From contig OZ037771.1 of assembly GCA_964035545.1 (NCBI GenBank), forward strand, positions 8,921,408 to 8,985,407: a DNA stretch of 64,000 bases, read 5' to 3'. The notes beneath the pieces are model-generated. The model ran no database searches, was not told where the DNA came from, and worked only from the letters and a program-made list of their open reading frames with translations. Of this stretch, positions 12,580 to 26,600 are shown piece after piece. Each line of letters opens with the position of its first letter. Within the stretch, counting starts at the first letter, position 1. This DNA comes from Bugula neritina. Lineage: Eukaryota > Animalia > Bryozoa. The position numbers and the translations under genes are program-made.

Positions 12580-15500
12580 ATATATATATATGTATATATG
12601 TATATATATACATACACATATATACTATACACCTATACAATACACCTATACAATACATATATACAATACACATATACAATACACATATACAATGTACATA
12701 ATTATACAATACATATATACAAAAAATATATACAATACATATATACACACATATCACGTACATACACACATATGACATACACACATATCACGTACATACA
12801 CACATATTACATACACACATATCACGTACAGACGTATTAATAGCCAGATATTTACAGTTGAGGTGTAGAAACTTACATCTCATGCACCTGATTAGGATAG
12901 CTGTGTTGGCACAGGGCATGGCCGTCACTATGAGTAACAAACACAGCGGGGATATTAATCAACTTCGATACTGATTCTAAATGAAAAATAAAAGACAATT
13001 ATACTATAACTGCAGATGTATGACTGCATAGCTTCGGCCTAAAAGCATTACACATGGTTGAAGCGAATCTCCCAGATTCACTAACTGTAACACTAAACAT
13101 GAGATAGACAGTAGAGAGATTACTAGTTGAAATGTAAAACAGGTGTTGTTTAAAGAATTCGTTTCTTCTATTTTGTTTCTGTATGCTACTGTAATACAAG
13201 CGTAGTGAAAGTATAATAATGGCATAGTGCAAGTATAGTACAGGTATATTGCAAGTATAGCACAGGCATAGTGTGAGTATAGTACAGGTATAGTGCAAGT
13301 ATAGTACAGGTATAGTGCAAGTATAGTACAGGTATAGTGTAAGTTTAGTACAGGTATAGTGCAAGTATAGTACAGGTATAGTGCAAGTATAGTACAGGTA
13401 TATTGCAAGTATAGCACAGGCATAGTGTGAGTATAGTACAGGTATAGTGCAAGTATAATAATGGCATAGTGCAAGTATAGTACAGGTATATTGCAAGTAT
13501 AGCACAGGCATAGTGTGAGTATAGTACAGGTATAGTGCAAGTATAGTACAGGTATAGTGCAAGTATAGTACAGGTATAGTGTAAGTTTAGTACAGGTATA
13601 GTGCAAGTATAGTACAGGTATAGTGCAAGTATAGTACAGGTATAGTGCAAGTATAATAATGGTATAGTGTAAGTTTAGTACAGGTATAGTGCAAGTATAG
13701 TACAGGTATAGTGCAAGTATAGTACAGGTATATTGCAAGAACAAAGATAGTGTAAGTACAATACAAATGCACTGTAAGCATATCGTTATTATACTGTAAT
13801 CTAGCATATATTTGCACCATATGTAATACTTACTGCTGGTACATGTACAATACACACAGTGTAAGTAAAATGTACACGTACTCAACTTACCGTTATCTGA
13901 ATTCATTTGCAGCAAACTGTCTTCATAATTGAATACGATAACGGCACTATAGCCACTTCTCTGTGCATTTAACACCTAGAAATAAAAAGCAATGATAAAT
14001 GGGTATAATAAGCAAGGGTAACAACCCTTCACTTATAGGGTATGTGTGTTGGGGATGGGATATGTGTGTTGGGGGATGATATGTGTGTTGGGGGATGATA
14101 TGTGTGTTGGGGGTTGGTATGTGTGTTAGGGATGGGATATGCATATTATAATGCAGTGAGAGGTGAGAGCTCTAGTGTTTACAAGGTTGAGCTAATGGCA
14201 CATATATTTAATATAATATGGTTATTGGCTGAAGGAGCTGTAGTAGGGGAATGCTGTACTGGTTTGATCTTTGGACTGATGGGAGATATAAGACGTGCAG
14301 AAGCTAAGATAAAGACATGGATGAGTAAAGTGTTAGACGTGGGCAGGTGTAATACAATGCACGACCAAGTAATTCTTACTACTTTACTTTTCCCACCAAT
14401 TCTTGTATATTATTAGAAATTGTTAGAAACTCAGGGTAATAATATGAGAGTCTACATTCCTGCTTCCTGATCAACAGTGAGTGTGTAGTAAAACAGTGAG
14501 TGAGTAGTAAAACAGTGAGTGAGTAGTATAACAGTGATTGTGTAGTATAACTGTGAGTGTGTAGTATAACTGTGAGTGTGTAGTATAACAGTGAGTGTGT
14601 AGTATAACTGTGAGTGTGTAGTATAACTGTGAGTGTGTAGTATTACAGTGGGTGTGTAGTATAACAGTGAGTGTGTAGTATAACTGTGAGTGAGTAGTAT
14701 AACAGTGAGTGTGTAGTATAACAGTGAGTGTGTACTGTGTAGTATAACAGTGAGTGTGTAGTATAACAGTGAGTGTGTACTGTGTAGTATTACAGTGAGT
14801 GAGTAGTATAACACTGAATCAGTTTCATAGATAATATGATAACCTAATGATCTAATAATATACCTTCAGTCCACAGCCCGCGACACATGAGTACATGCAC
14901 AGTTAGAGTGAGATATAAAAATTGACATCTTATTCACACAAACTGAAACTCTCATACTTCTGGCTTTATAACAAGTTTAATATGTACTGCATCATATAGC
15001 ACTAAGACACACTGCACAATATGGAGGAAAGTATTGCAGTTATCATAATTTAAAATTCCTAGCAGTCACAGAGGTTCAACTATGCCAACTTAGTTCTGAA
15101 AACAAAACAGAAAGAAGTGGGAAGGTTAGCAAAGCTTTCATTAACACCAAAACCGTAGGCTATTTTCTATACTAAACAGAGTATTTATTGCGGAGTGGGG
15201 CAACTCCCCACCGAATCTTCCAGCTAGTTTGCCTGGCAACACTCACCTTAGTGACAAAACTACAACTTGTTCGATAACTGGTTGATCCTTTGGTTGATCT
15301 TTTGACTATAGCAATCCATGGGAGATTTTGTGGAGAGTAAACGGCTGGAGATGGTGGTGGAGAGATGGTGGAACACGCGTCCAGGGGGTCAGCTTGGTGT
15401 AGCAAACCCTGTATGAGATTAGAATCAGTTCTGTAGAATACCTTTACAGTTCACTTATATTCTTGAAATAATTAGCAGTCATTGGCCTCTGTACATTTCA

Positions 15501-16717
15501 TGCTTTTATAATTAATCAACATTTTACTCCTATTTCAGAATAAAGAATTTGATTGCATCCCGAAATAGTGGGCGCATGCAAGATATTTTAAATTACAGTT
15601 AATATTATAATAGTAAATTCATGCCAGCCATTTTACATTACATCCTCCCGCTACTCGAACAGGACAAAGCAGAGATAGGTGAGACATTTTACATTACATT
15701 ACGCTGAGTTATTACTTTGCTGGACTGAGTCAAGTGATAGTTTTCAGTGTAAAAAAGTGTTTTGGTGAAAACAATTGGAGAAAAAAAACAAATATGTGAA
15801 TTTGCATGAAAAAAATCCCCTGAGAACAAAATGTGTAATTCTAGAGCAAAGAAACCATGTCATTTGAATACTAGAACAATTACAAGACGGCTACTAGAGT
15901 AGTTACTGTGAGGTATACTAGTCTATGCAACTGATCACTGCACAGTCAATATCATGCATCAGAAAGCAAACAGAAGTGAACAACTTTCTTATTTTGTAAG
16001 CATAGCCTTTCCCTCAAGATTTATGTAAACATATTCCGATTCAGCAACAAAAATAGATGCAAGTATTTGAGCACTTGTACTATAAAAATTATCTTTACAA
16101 CAGGCTGACGAGTTGGCATTAGACAGGTAATCAAGACTACCAGGTGAAGGTCATCGATAAGTAATAGTGCATAATATTATATGAATGATAATCAAGAAGA
16201 TTGAAGTTACCCAACACCTGTTGTCACTATATTCTCAACAAAAAATAAACTTACCTTAAAATACGGCTTATTTGGTAGTTCACCTCCAAACCTAGCTGCG
16301 GCATAACTATAACTGGCCTCAATTGTACTTCGATTTAAATTTGTCTGCAATGATACCAATACAAAAAGACCTGAACAAATGAATTTTATAAAAGTTAATT
16401 TACTGAATCTAACCATAAGAAGCAAGCCCAGTACACCAATTTCATCATGATTGACTATTTAGAGCAGTTTGAGGAAACAAATGGATTTATTACTGAAGTG
16501 TGCTGTAACATAAAAAATTGAAAGTATAATAACTATCATCATAAGAAAGCAGATGCTTTCTAGCTGGGCAGCTGGTAAAGTGTAAAAACTAAAGGCTACT
16601 TGTAAAAGTACAAACCAGGGTAATATCACCATCCCAGCCGAGACCATTATAAGACAGTGTATTGCCAACATAACAGCTTAGTGAGAGCAGAAAGCAGGAG
16701 ACACGAATCCAGCTCAT
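8892..16717 (-). CDS. RNF13: PA-domain transmembrane RING-H2 E3 ubiquitin ligase, RNF13/RNF167 (Godzilla) family, 499 aa, 10 coding exons
   Basis: Phase-consistent GT-AG exons 16717-16630, 16370-16255, 15408-15247, 13975-13891, 12976-12877, 12509-12395, 11586-11412, 10086-9829, 9722-9574, 9143-8892 (1500 nt). Signal peptide MSWIRVSCFLLSLSCYVG; PA domain (AARFGGELP, ADPLDAC, CSFVTKVLNAQRSGYSAVIVFN, INIPAVFV); TM IPMAFSFVGVLLIAIVVMVV; RING-H2 [42 protein letters not shown]; dileucine ERTPLL. RNF13 and RNF167 cannot be told apart in an invertebrate. Confidence 0.93.
10999..11415. repeat. 21-bp minisatellite (ctgagatactaactgtaagta)n, about 20 copies, overlapping an RNF13 splice donor
   Basis: Read directly; explains the repetitive ORFs 10854..11453 and 10990..11430. 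Confidence 0.95.
11766..11980 (+). mobile_element. tRNA-derived SINE (family A, copy 1) in an RNF13 intron
   Basis: A box tggtctagggg and B box ggttcgagcc; 21-bp TSD ttatatacatgttatg(c/g)attc at 11745-11765 and 11981-12001; colinear homologue at 29870-30102. Confidence 0.88.
12519..12832. repeat. Compound TA/CA microsatellite and low-complexity tract
   Basis: (TA)n plus tacaatacacata-like units filling most of the RNF13 intron 12510-12876. Confidence 0.9.
13205..13740. repeat. 22-bp (2 x 11) minisatellite (caagtatagtacaggtatagtg)n
   Basis: Read directly; source of the YTCT-rich spurious ORFs. Confidence 0.93.
14038..14140. repeat. Short tandem repeat of about 19 bp (gatatgtgtgttggggat-like)
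   Basis: About five diverged copies visible. Confidence 0.8.
14472..14815. repeat. 19-bp minisatellite (gtgtgtagtataacagtga)n
   Basis: Read directly. Confidence 0.92.
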
Positions 16718-19194
16718 TGCAGAGGAATTCCGCCAGTCATTTGCAGATAACTGTAAATGTCAAACAATACGAATTTCAGAAGAGTATAGACAATGGCAGC
16801 TTAATGGAATTTGTACAAAAGCCTAATCCTATGTACTTGATACAAAAATTTCTTGATATATTTTGAACTTGTTACTTATTGCTAATAATATGTATAAGCC
16901 TAGGTATTTAATTTTTGAAAAATAATCATTATATGAACATTTATTATGGACTGGTATACTTATTAGTAATTATCTTTAATGACATTATTGATTATTCAAG
17001 ATTCCAATTATTATCAAACAGTTATAAGAATACTATTATTATACAGTTTAGACTGCATAGTTTTAAGTTCAGGTAATTACTATGATAATCACAATGAAAT
17101 ATGAATATAATATCAGTCATGTTACTTGTACTAATATAAACAATAAATAGTATGTCTAGCAGGAATAATAACATAATATTATTTAGTATATTAATAGCAA
17201 TAGTATTTGTTATACAGACCAATATTAGTGTTAATAGTTATACAGGTATATGCTATAGTTAGTGTTATTCCTTACAAATTGAACCACTGTCATACTTACA
17301 TTATAGCCCATAGGCTATAGCTATATAGTGATAGTATCACTTTACTATAAGTATAATTTATACTCATACCTATGCTGTTGTCTGTTAGTGTTATACTACC
17401 TATAGTAATATTAATAGTTATAGGTATAACTAATAACTAGAAATAAAAATATTAGTAAATGCTATACGATTAATATCGTTGTTACATTTTGTGATTTTCC
17501 AATAGACAAATACAATAGTTATACTCATAGTAAACTCAGACTATAATAAAGTATTCCATCCAGTTTTACTGTGACTACGAGCATAAGAAGTCGTGAACAA
17601 CTATTAGCATTACTAATACTATATTGCTATTGCTGTATAGTAATAGCGATACTTATACTAACAGTAACACTAATAGTAATTATTAAATTACAAATATAAT
17701 TATATAAATGCATTAAATTGTTAATATTAGTATTATTATTTAATTTTAAAATCGGAACTACTTTACTATTAAGTTATAGTTATACCTATTCCTAGAGTAA
17801 AAGTTAATCTTATATTTATACTTATACAGTTTCAGTTTGACTTTAGTCTGCGAGTTTTGGTTTGTTGATTACAGATTGAAGTAGAGATTAAGAGCTTAAA
17901 TTTACTGTCTAGCTTTACTAGCACTACTACTAGTAGTAATAGTACTACTAGTAACACTAACAATAACTGTGTCCGCTACTGTTAGTGTTTAGAAGTTTAC
18001 CATAAAATTCAACTATTAGTATTACATTTACAATTACTGATTAGTATTAGTACTATTAGTATTACTAATACTAATACTAATAGTAATAGTAATACTATCA
18101 GTATCACAGTATCAGTATGGGTATCACTACGAACTTAAAGCAATTGTAAAAGTTGAAGTGTAACTGTAAGACTAAGTTTAAAATTAGGGTTAGAATAATA
18201 AATTATTTACCTTTTTAAAATATGAATATTATGAATTATAAATATGAATAAGTTATAGGTAATAAGTTAGTTAATAAGTATAACTAAATCCAATTCAATG
18301 TGAATATCAATATGAATATGAATATTGATATTCATATTAAATATCAATTATCAAATTGAATGAATATGAATTCAATTTATAAATGAGGTAAACTAAAAAT
18401 AACTAATAACTAATAAGTATAACTGAATAAGTATAATAATAAAGTATAGCTACAACTATAACTCAGTATAAGTGAGTACTATAAGTATAACTCAATAAGT
18501 ATAAATAATTATAAGACTATAAGTATAAGTATAAGTATAACTAAAGTATAACCTAAATTTAAAGTTAAACTAAAACAGTAAACTATAAGTATACTATAGC
18601 ATTAACAGTATGAGTATAACTAATACTATTACTATTAGTATTAGTATTACTATCACTATGAGTATGAGCATGGCTAAAAACTATAAGTATAAGCCATAAC
18701 TATAAGTATAAGTATTACTATTAGTATAACTATAAACAACTATAAACTTGTATAAGTATAAACTATAACATATTATTATAATAATAATATGTTATATGTA
18801 TCAGTATTACATAAATACATTAATATAAGTCTAAGACTCTTAGTCTTACTCTTAGTCTTAGTAAGAGTAAGTGTAACTCACTAACTCACTAAGTGACTAA
18901 CACTAACACTAACAGTAACTGTAAGTGTAAGCCTAAGCCCTAAGCCTAAGGCTAAGGTCTAAGGACAAGGTCCTAAACGGCTAAACCAAAATTGATCAGT
19001 TTCTCAATTAAAACTCAACTATAATAACACAGCATAGTAGAGTAATATATTACCTATCAGTTTCACTCTGACTATCACGATCAGTTGAACATAGTAATAC
19101 TTACAGTTATACTAAGTCTAATGTCTAATACTTAATAATAATAATAGTAATACTAATAGTTCTCAGCAATAGTAAATTAAAATGTTACTATTGG

Positions 19195-19560
19195 GCATTG
19201 ATCACGTGTTATATAGTCCGAGAAACAACTTTATCAATAACAGTCCGAGTAATACACGGTAGCTAAATCGAATATGTAGCGCCGTGTATATCATACAAAA
19301 TATTATTCTATTATTTCGAGCTATGACTTCGCATGACACTCGACCTACCTTGTAATTGACGCAAAGTAATAGTTGAGGACGAACGGAAAATCTAGTTTGA
19401 TTATCGTTTTACTCATTTCAGTTTTTATTTCAAACGTTCACATAGTGAGATTGCCCATTCCGTAACCTGTTGCTGGTCTGTAACGTGGATTTTTAATGAG
19501 GGTTACTTCGGATTTGAATATATAGTATTTACAGATACAATCAGTGAATTTCACGTTGAT
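19195..19560. promoter_or_regulatory. Putative bidirectional promoter between RNF13 (minus) and ATP1B (plus)
   Basis: Head-to-head genes; local CpG enrichment in an otherwise CpG-poor background; E-box cacgtg at 19203; minus-strand donor-like AAG|GTAGGT near 19348 as a candidate RNF13 non-coding first exon. Confidence 0.45.
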
Positions 19561-19800
19561 GTTGAAAATATATTTGATGCTTCAACTTTAAGTTTAAACT
19601 TGAAGTTTAAGCTTAATTTTCCTCGATCTCTGAGTCTTTTTTTCAATCTGTAAAACTAAAACTAACTTAAAGTTAAAGACTAAAGATAACTATAAGTTAT
19701 ACGTGTCATATAAGTTGAAGTACTCAGTACATGCCAGTAATATATAAATATATATCTTAAACTAGACTAGCAGTAGCACTAGCTAAGCATCAACATCAAA

Positions 19801-22750
19801 ATGTCAGCCGCCGACAAACCCCAAAGCTCTGTATTTGAATCATTTAGTAAATTTGTTTGGAATAGCTCTGATCAATCGTTTTGTGGTCGTACAGGATTGA
19901 GCTGGTGTAAGTATTAGTATCACTATATTAAATTTAATATTATTAAATATAAAAATTCAAATGTTCAATAATTATAATATAAATATAACTTATAGTTATA
20001 GTTATACTTATGGTATTATAATACTAATAGTATAACAATTACTATTATTATAAATATATGTTTTTATTTTACTCATACTTATAGTAGAAGTATAAGTAAA
20101 GTAAAATCATATACTTATAAGTTATAACTATAGTTAATGTTATACTATTAGTCTATTACTATTACTATTAGTATTATTATTACTATAAGTTTATATTACA
20201 CTTTGATTATAAACTTCAAATGTATTAGTTTTTGAAATTGACTTTGATTATACCTATAACTATAAGTATGTAAACTTGATGCTACAAAAATCTGTTTGAA
20301 CCATTAGTTTCTAGCAACTAACTAGGTATGTTGACTTTGATGTAACAGTCAAAGTTATAGTTTACTTCTTTTTAAATATTTGCTACAGGCATATTTGTAT
20401 GCTTATCAATGTATTTATAATTTTTGCTTTGTAGTGCTGATTTGTGGCTTCTACTTTTGTCTCTATGCTTTCCTCTCTATCTTCTTTGTCGTATGCCTGA
20501 TTGTATTCTTCGAGAACCTGGATAATACAACCCCGAAATGGTTTGGAGCTTCTTCTTTGACTCTTGGTAACCCAGGTAGGCTACATTATTTCTTTGGTTT
20601 AGCAAATTATATTCATCAAGTGCTGTTAACAATGTTGATTACCTTGTTTGAATGAAACTTCTAGAAATTGATAACTCTAATTATTATATTGTTTCCATGT
20701 AAGTGATTTTTGAATTCAACAGCTACTTTCCCTGATTCTGAAATAAAAAGAGCATATGCCCAATTAACTGATCGTGACCAAATACTGGGTGATTCTAATT
20801 ATTAAATAATGCTTAATAATATTTGTCTTAACCTATGTAGGCCTAGGATTGAGGCCATTGCCTAGGCATGACTCAACACTGATAAGATTTGAGCAAGGAA
20901 AACCAAGCAGTTACAAACCGTATACAGATCATCTAGAAGCTTTCCTGCTATGTAAGTTGCCATATGGATTCGGATGTTTACTTAGAAATCTTGTTTGCTG
21001 CATTTGTTGAATGCTAGAGGTTGTAACCTTATGCCTAAATCACGCAGTTTTCAAATAAGGTTTTCATTTGAAGCAACTACCTAATACCTATCCTAATTAC
21101 TCGCTTCTATACATTTCCTTAGAAATATTGTTTAAATAGATCTGTTCAGTTGTTCATTTTTTGTTTAGTAATTTTGCTATAATATCGTAACCATTTTAGC
21201 AGATGTCGACTTGCATTGTATTAAATTAAACAGAACTCTCTTCAATATGTTGATATTTATTATAAAACTTGACAAAATAATTAGGATTTTAATTGTAATG
21301 TATATGTAAAGTGTTGTAAGGTATATGCTGTATGTTGTAGCATATGAAGATGATGTTCTTCAAGCAGGTAGAGATCTTACTGAGTGCACTTTTTTCAGCG
21401 ACTCTTTCACCAAACCGGATACCAAGGCATGTAGAATTAACTTAGACATTGTTCTAGCTGGTACTGGCTGTACCAAAAATGATGACTTCGGATATGAAGA
21501 TGGCCAACCTTGCTTATTGCTTAAGATGAATAAAGTAAGTCACTATTGCTTACAGTTTCTAATTTTATAGCCAGTGACAAGGAGTAGCTGAAACTCTTAT
21601 TGTGAGTCTGTTCATGGTAACTGTCATCACATAAATTGCATATATTGGCATTTTGTTGCTCAAAGTCTGTTTCATCAACACATGTGTTTCTTATGTTTCA
21701 GTTCTATAATTATCATATGGGTGGTAGAATTTAGGTATAACGGTCAACTCACATTTTAGATATTTGCGTTTGTGCCAGAACCATATGAGACATTAGATGA
21801 ATTGAAAACAGACATGGGTATGAAGAAAGACGAAGATTTGCGGTTTCTGGCTTTTTCACCAAATGTCTCGGTAGGAGTGAGCTGTGAAGGACAAAATGCA
21901 GCTGACAGGGAAAACCTGGCAGATGGTGGAATTGAGTTTTACCCTTCACAAGGCATTCCAACGGTATTGACATAGTACTGCACTCAAAGTATATCTAGAT
22001 GATCCTTAGATGTTCATACAAGATTAGTTTAACTTGTTCTAACGTTTCTTGACTTTCTTACCTGAACTAGTGTTTGCACCCTTGTGCTTATCAGTATTCT
22101 TGTTGTATAGATTTTCTCAAGTCCAATGTTGAGTTTTACTTTAGGGCTTTAGAAATACACAAGATCTACGTCAACTGAATGCACTGTCTAACCTCACTGA
22201 TGACTTTTGTAACATTCAAACTACCAGTTATCACAATTTGTGTTGGGTGTCCTCGAAAGCTCTCGCTATACTTGTATTTTTTAGGCTCGGAAGATGTTTT
22301 TGAGTTTTTATATTCTACTAATCAGCTTTTTTTCAGATTTCCTTCCCATATTTAAACCAAGAGGGCTACAGATCTCCATTTGTTATGGTGAAGTTCAAGG
22401 ACTTTTCTCGAAGAGTTGTTATTCAGGTATGTTGACTTATATTTTGGTTTAAGAACTCTGCAATCAGGCTTATCAGTATTTCTCTACACCTTTTTACTGG
22501 TGCAACTAAATTTACCATTTCATCCATGCCTATTTTCTCTGTAAGTAAATTAGTCTTTGATGATTTTATATAATGTTGCTGAACTGAACTGGTAAAAATG
22601 TTAATGGTGACTTTGGAAATTGTACTGTACCATCCTGATTTCATATCTATTTCTATTTAGATTGAATGCAAGTTATATGCTAAAAATATTGACAACAGTG
22701 GGACTTCACGGCGCCATGGGATAATGAGATTTGAATTACTCAAAGATTAA
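19801..22750 (+). CDS. ATP1B: Na+/K+-transporting ATPase beta subunit (nervana-like), 311 aa, 7 exons
   Basis: Exons 19801-19906, 20435-20575, 20841-20951, 21341-21534, 21760-21963, 22337-22426, 22661-22750 (936 nt, phases consistent). Motifs FVWN...FCGRTGLSW, TM segment, NPGLGLRP, FGYEDGQPCLLLKMNKIF, VSCEGQNAADREN, FPYLNQEGYRSP, IECKLYAKNI. Confidence 0.95.
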
Positions 22751-23694
22751 AAGCATGTTCCTTAGTGAACATATGAACTTGCTAAATATGTATATATCTA
22801 CATACTGTATATGCTATTTACACTGTCTGGATATTCAGTTTTATGTCTTGCATTGCAGTAGCTGTTTTAATTTTACATGAAATAATTCACTTTACGTTTT
22901 TTAATTGTCAACTTCTGTTACTTAATCTCTAGCATGGTTCTTTATGTGATGGGTTGTCATAACTTTATTCTTTTATTTTGTTTTTGTGATATGTTTAGAC
23001 AATAGTTGGCATGTAATCTTTGATTAAGACAATTTCAGTTACATTTTATTTTAACTTCATTTTAATCTTTCTTTGACTTTATGCATGTCTCAAGTTAAAC
23101 ATTCCTTTTTTATTATGTTAATTAAATAAACGTTAATCTTTTCAAATGAACCCATATCTTATTAAAGTCATTATCCACACTTTGTTTCGGTTTGAGCAAG
23201 CAACTACAGTCACTCAATGAGTTCAATTACACAGACATTTTGTTCAATATATTATGCTTGATTATAATATTCTAAATTCGGAAATATTAAATTTTGGAGG
23301 CTGCTACTAGCTCATTACATGAAGTGATTTGTATTTGTATGGCTTCAATTAAGATGTATATAAACTGAACAAGGTAAGTTGGCAGCTGGGTGTGGTGTCA
23401 CGGAATTGCCTCCCCAATAGCTTGCGCAAATAAAGGTCGGAAATGGTTGCGAAACAAGTAAATGTAGCTTTGAGCCCGCTTTTTCTTCCTATAGCAATTT
23501 GGGAGCAATCCCTCGTAGCTACCATAAACATATCAAGTAAGACAATTGGTTTTTAAGCTATTATATGTGAACTTTGATCGGACAAAAGTTGAAGCCTATT
23601 TCTGTTTTGTAAGCGTTCTCTTTTTCAACTATTGCATATCAGTTGATTTCCATTTATTCGATCAATAATATAAAAACCCATTTTTTGAACGATC

Positions 23695-26600
23695 ATGTCT
23701 CGATTGACAACATTCGCCATAAGCAAATGCAAGAACCTGAACACTTTGAAATGCTCCGTCGCTAGGTAAACGTTTTAAAACTAAAAGTTGAAGTTCAAGT
23801 TAAACTTAAAGTACTAGTAGTAGTACTAGTACTACTACTAGTACTAGGTCTAGACCTAGTACTGCGTCTAGCCGTCTACTAGTATTAGTAGTACATAATA
23901 GTACACATATTTCAATCACTATCAGTATAAACGTTGTTAATTTATATTTAATTTTATTCGACACAACAGTTTATTTAATATACTTAATCTTAGAGTCATA
24001 CTTTATAGTTATACTTATACTTATAGTTGTACTTATAGTAATTATATTTATAGTGATACTGATGGTGATTATCAGTAGAGTATCGCTGATAGTAATAGTC
24101 TTATTGATGCTCGTACTCATAGTGATAGTGATTCTATTTTGATGTACCTCTGGGCTCTAGCGCTTCTACTACTAGTACTTTTAGCTCTACAAGTATGACC
24201 TTGACTATCAATCATGATGAGTATCAGTATGAGTATCACTTATCAGTGTTAGTATAACTATGATTACGACTTTCGTCAGTTTCACATTCACATTGGTATT
24301 TTGACTTTGACATTTACCCTCGAACAGCTGAAACTCAATTTAGTAATGTTAAATTTCATTATCTTCAATCCATGGAATTTCACTATTAGTTTATTATGAA
24401 TAACTTGTATTTTGATTTCATCATAAGCTGTTTTTCTGTATCTATGAATTTGCTTTTGTAGGAGCCCAACATCTACTTTAACAACAACATGGCATCTACA
24501 GAAAAGAAACTATGCAGCTGAAACTAGTGAGGCATGTATACACATCTTTAAATATGCTTTTTGATAGTAACATGGTAAAAGTGTGGGTCATGACAATTTT
24601 TCCTCTGCTGATGAGAGGGCCCCCGAAGCAGCTGCTGTACATAAAAATCTGTCATTTAAAGGTCTCCGGACGAAACATGTTGTTACTGGTCTCTTTGATT
24701 GTTCCAATTATCTACCCAGCCTGAAACTACATCACAAAAATCAGTTTAATTATGATAACAAGTAAAAGTTTGTTATGGATGATTTGTACAAACTTGTGTG
24801 ATACTCGGGGCAAAACTTTTTGTTATCTTACAATTTACTTGTAATACAAAGAGGCACTAAGTGGTAGAATACCTTGGTGTTCTAATGCAAGTTTCCTTTA
24901 TTTATTTTTTCAGTCATTCTGCATGAATATATTCCGGGGGAAGGCTGTAACAGAGCAAGTTTTTCCCTTTCCTGCAGTTGATGGTGAGTTTCCAATCTCA
25001 TGATTGTATTATTGTGCAACGTAAATATAGTTAACACTGACAAAGAATCTGCTTACTTGTAATACTTGATGTAGTGTGTGTTTACTTGTAGTTCTTGGTG
25101 TAGTGTGTGTTTACTTGTAGTGTTTGATGAAGTGTGTGTTTACTTGTAGTTCTTGATGAAGAAAGGAAAGAAACACTGGATGCTTTAGTTGACCCAGTCA
25201 GCAAATTTTTTGAGGTATTTTGTTTTCAAGTGTGTTTGAAGTAAGTATGTAGGGATGTCTCTGTGGAGAAACATGGATGTTCAAACTGGTCATTGCTAAA
25301 CTGTTCAAATTTTGAAATTTTATAAGCAAGTAAAGGTTGTTCAATTCATTACAACTATTCACTACAGCTGTTGAATTTGTGTCGTCTATCAGGCATTTAT
25401 CATTATGTACAAGAAATATATATGGGAACAGTTTTGTGGTGTATGGCAATGGCAAATAATTTCTTATATTAATGTTGAATAAGCTGCGCACACCATAACT
25501 TGTGCTACTATGCAAGCTGATTACATAATAGTCAACACTATATAGAACTATTGATAAATCGTGTGTATAGTTTACACACACACCCGTACATATTATAACT
25601 AGTTGGTGGCATGCATTTGGAGTTGATCTTTACAGCTTATTTTGTTGTGTTTTCTCTTCAGGAAGTCAATGATCCAGCTAAAAACGATGAGCTAGAGAAG
25701 ATAGAAGACCACACTCTAGAGGGTTTGAAGGAACTTGGAGCGTTTGGCTTACAAGTACCTGTAGACTTTGGTGGAATTGGCTTGTCTAATACACAGTATG
25801 CTAGACTCGTAGAGATAGTTGGTAGTCATGATCTTGGTAAGCTCAAGTGTACAGCAGGTCGGGTGGCTTCAGTACACCCTCAACCTGTTTATGCTGATAA
25901 CATGTTAACCTCAATAACTCATTAGCAAGTTTCTTATTCTGAATAATACATTAATGGGTGAGACTGTAAAGTTTATTAAAATGTTTTATTCATTTGCTTA
26001 TCTCATCCTCTCTTACAGCTGGTTATAATACTGTAGAGTGTAGTGTGTACATTATATACATACAGTATGGTACTAATAACTATAAATATATATTGCCAAT
26101 TTCTTGACTTGATCATTTGTAAAATGTTTACAAGGGCAAAGCTCTTGGTTTCACAGTACATGTATTCATTGGCTTTCACTATCTGACAATATGATTAGTT
26201 GTTACAGCACTTAGCAGACTCTAGGGCTTAGCATTTAGTCTGGGAGTACTGGGGTGAATGTACTGGTGTCTTAGGCATATAACAATAGTATTAGCTGCTA
26301 CTGCATAATGTTGTGCAGGTAGTTATGAGCTTTGCTGTGTTCCTTCTGATATGTGAAGGCAATTCCAAGTAATTTTAGCACATTTTGGTACATTATATGT
26401 TCTCTATAAGGATGTGCCATGAAGTAATGGAGTGGAGCAGAAGCTCTTGTTTGAAGTATATATTTCTTAAAGAGCAGCTGTTTTGTAATATCCTGTCGTG
26501 TGTGGGTTTGACATTGCTTTATAAGATTCATATTGATGTAAATGATCTAGTGTAGTTCAGAAAGCCAAATTAGTATTAGAGTGGCTGTATGCGTTTTCAA

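Noticed and set aside
12999-14814. Tyr/Cys/Thr/His-rich ORFs up to 323 aa
   Set aside because: Read-through of 22-bp and 19-bp intronic repeats; only 13975-13891 is a real exon.
24605-24645. Hammerhead-like CTGATGA...GAA
   Set aside because: Has GAAG rather than GAAA and stems I-III cannot be formed convincingly.
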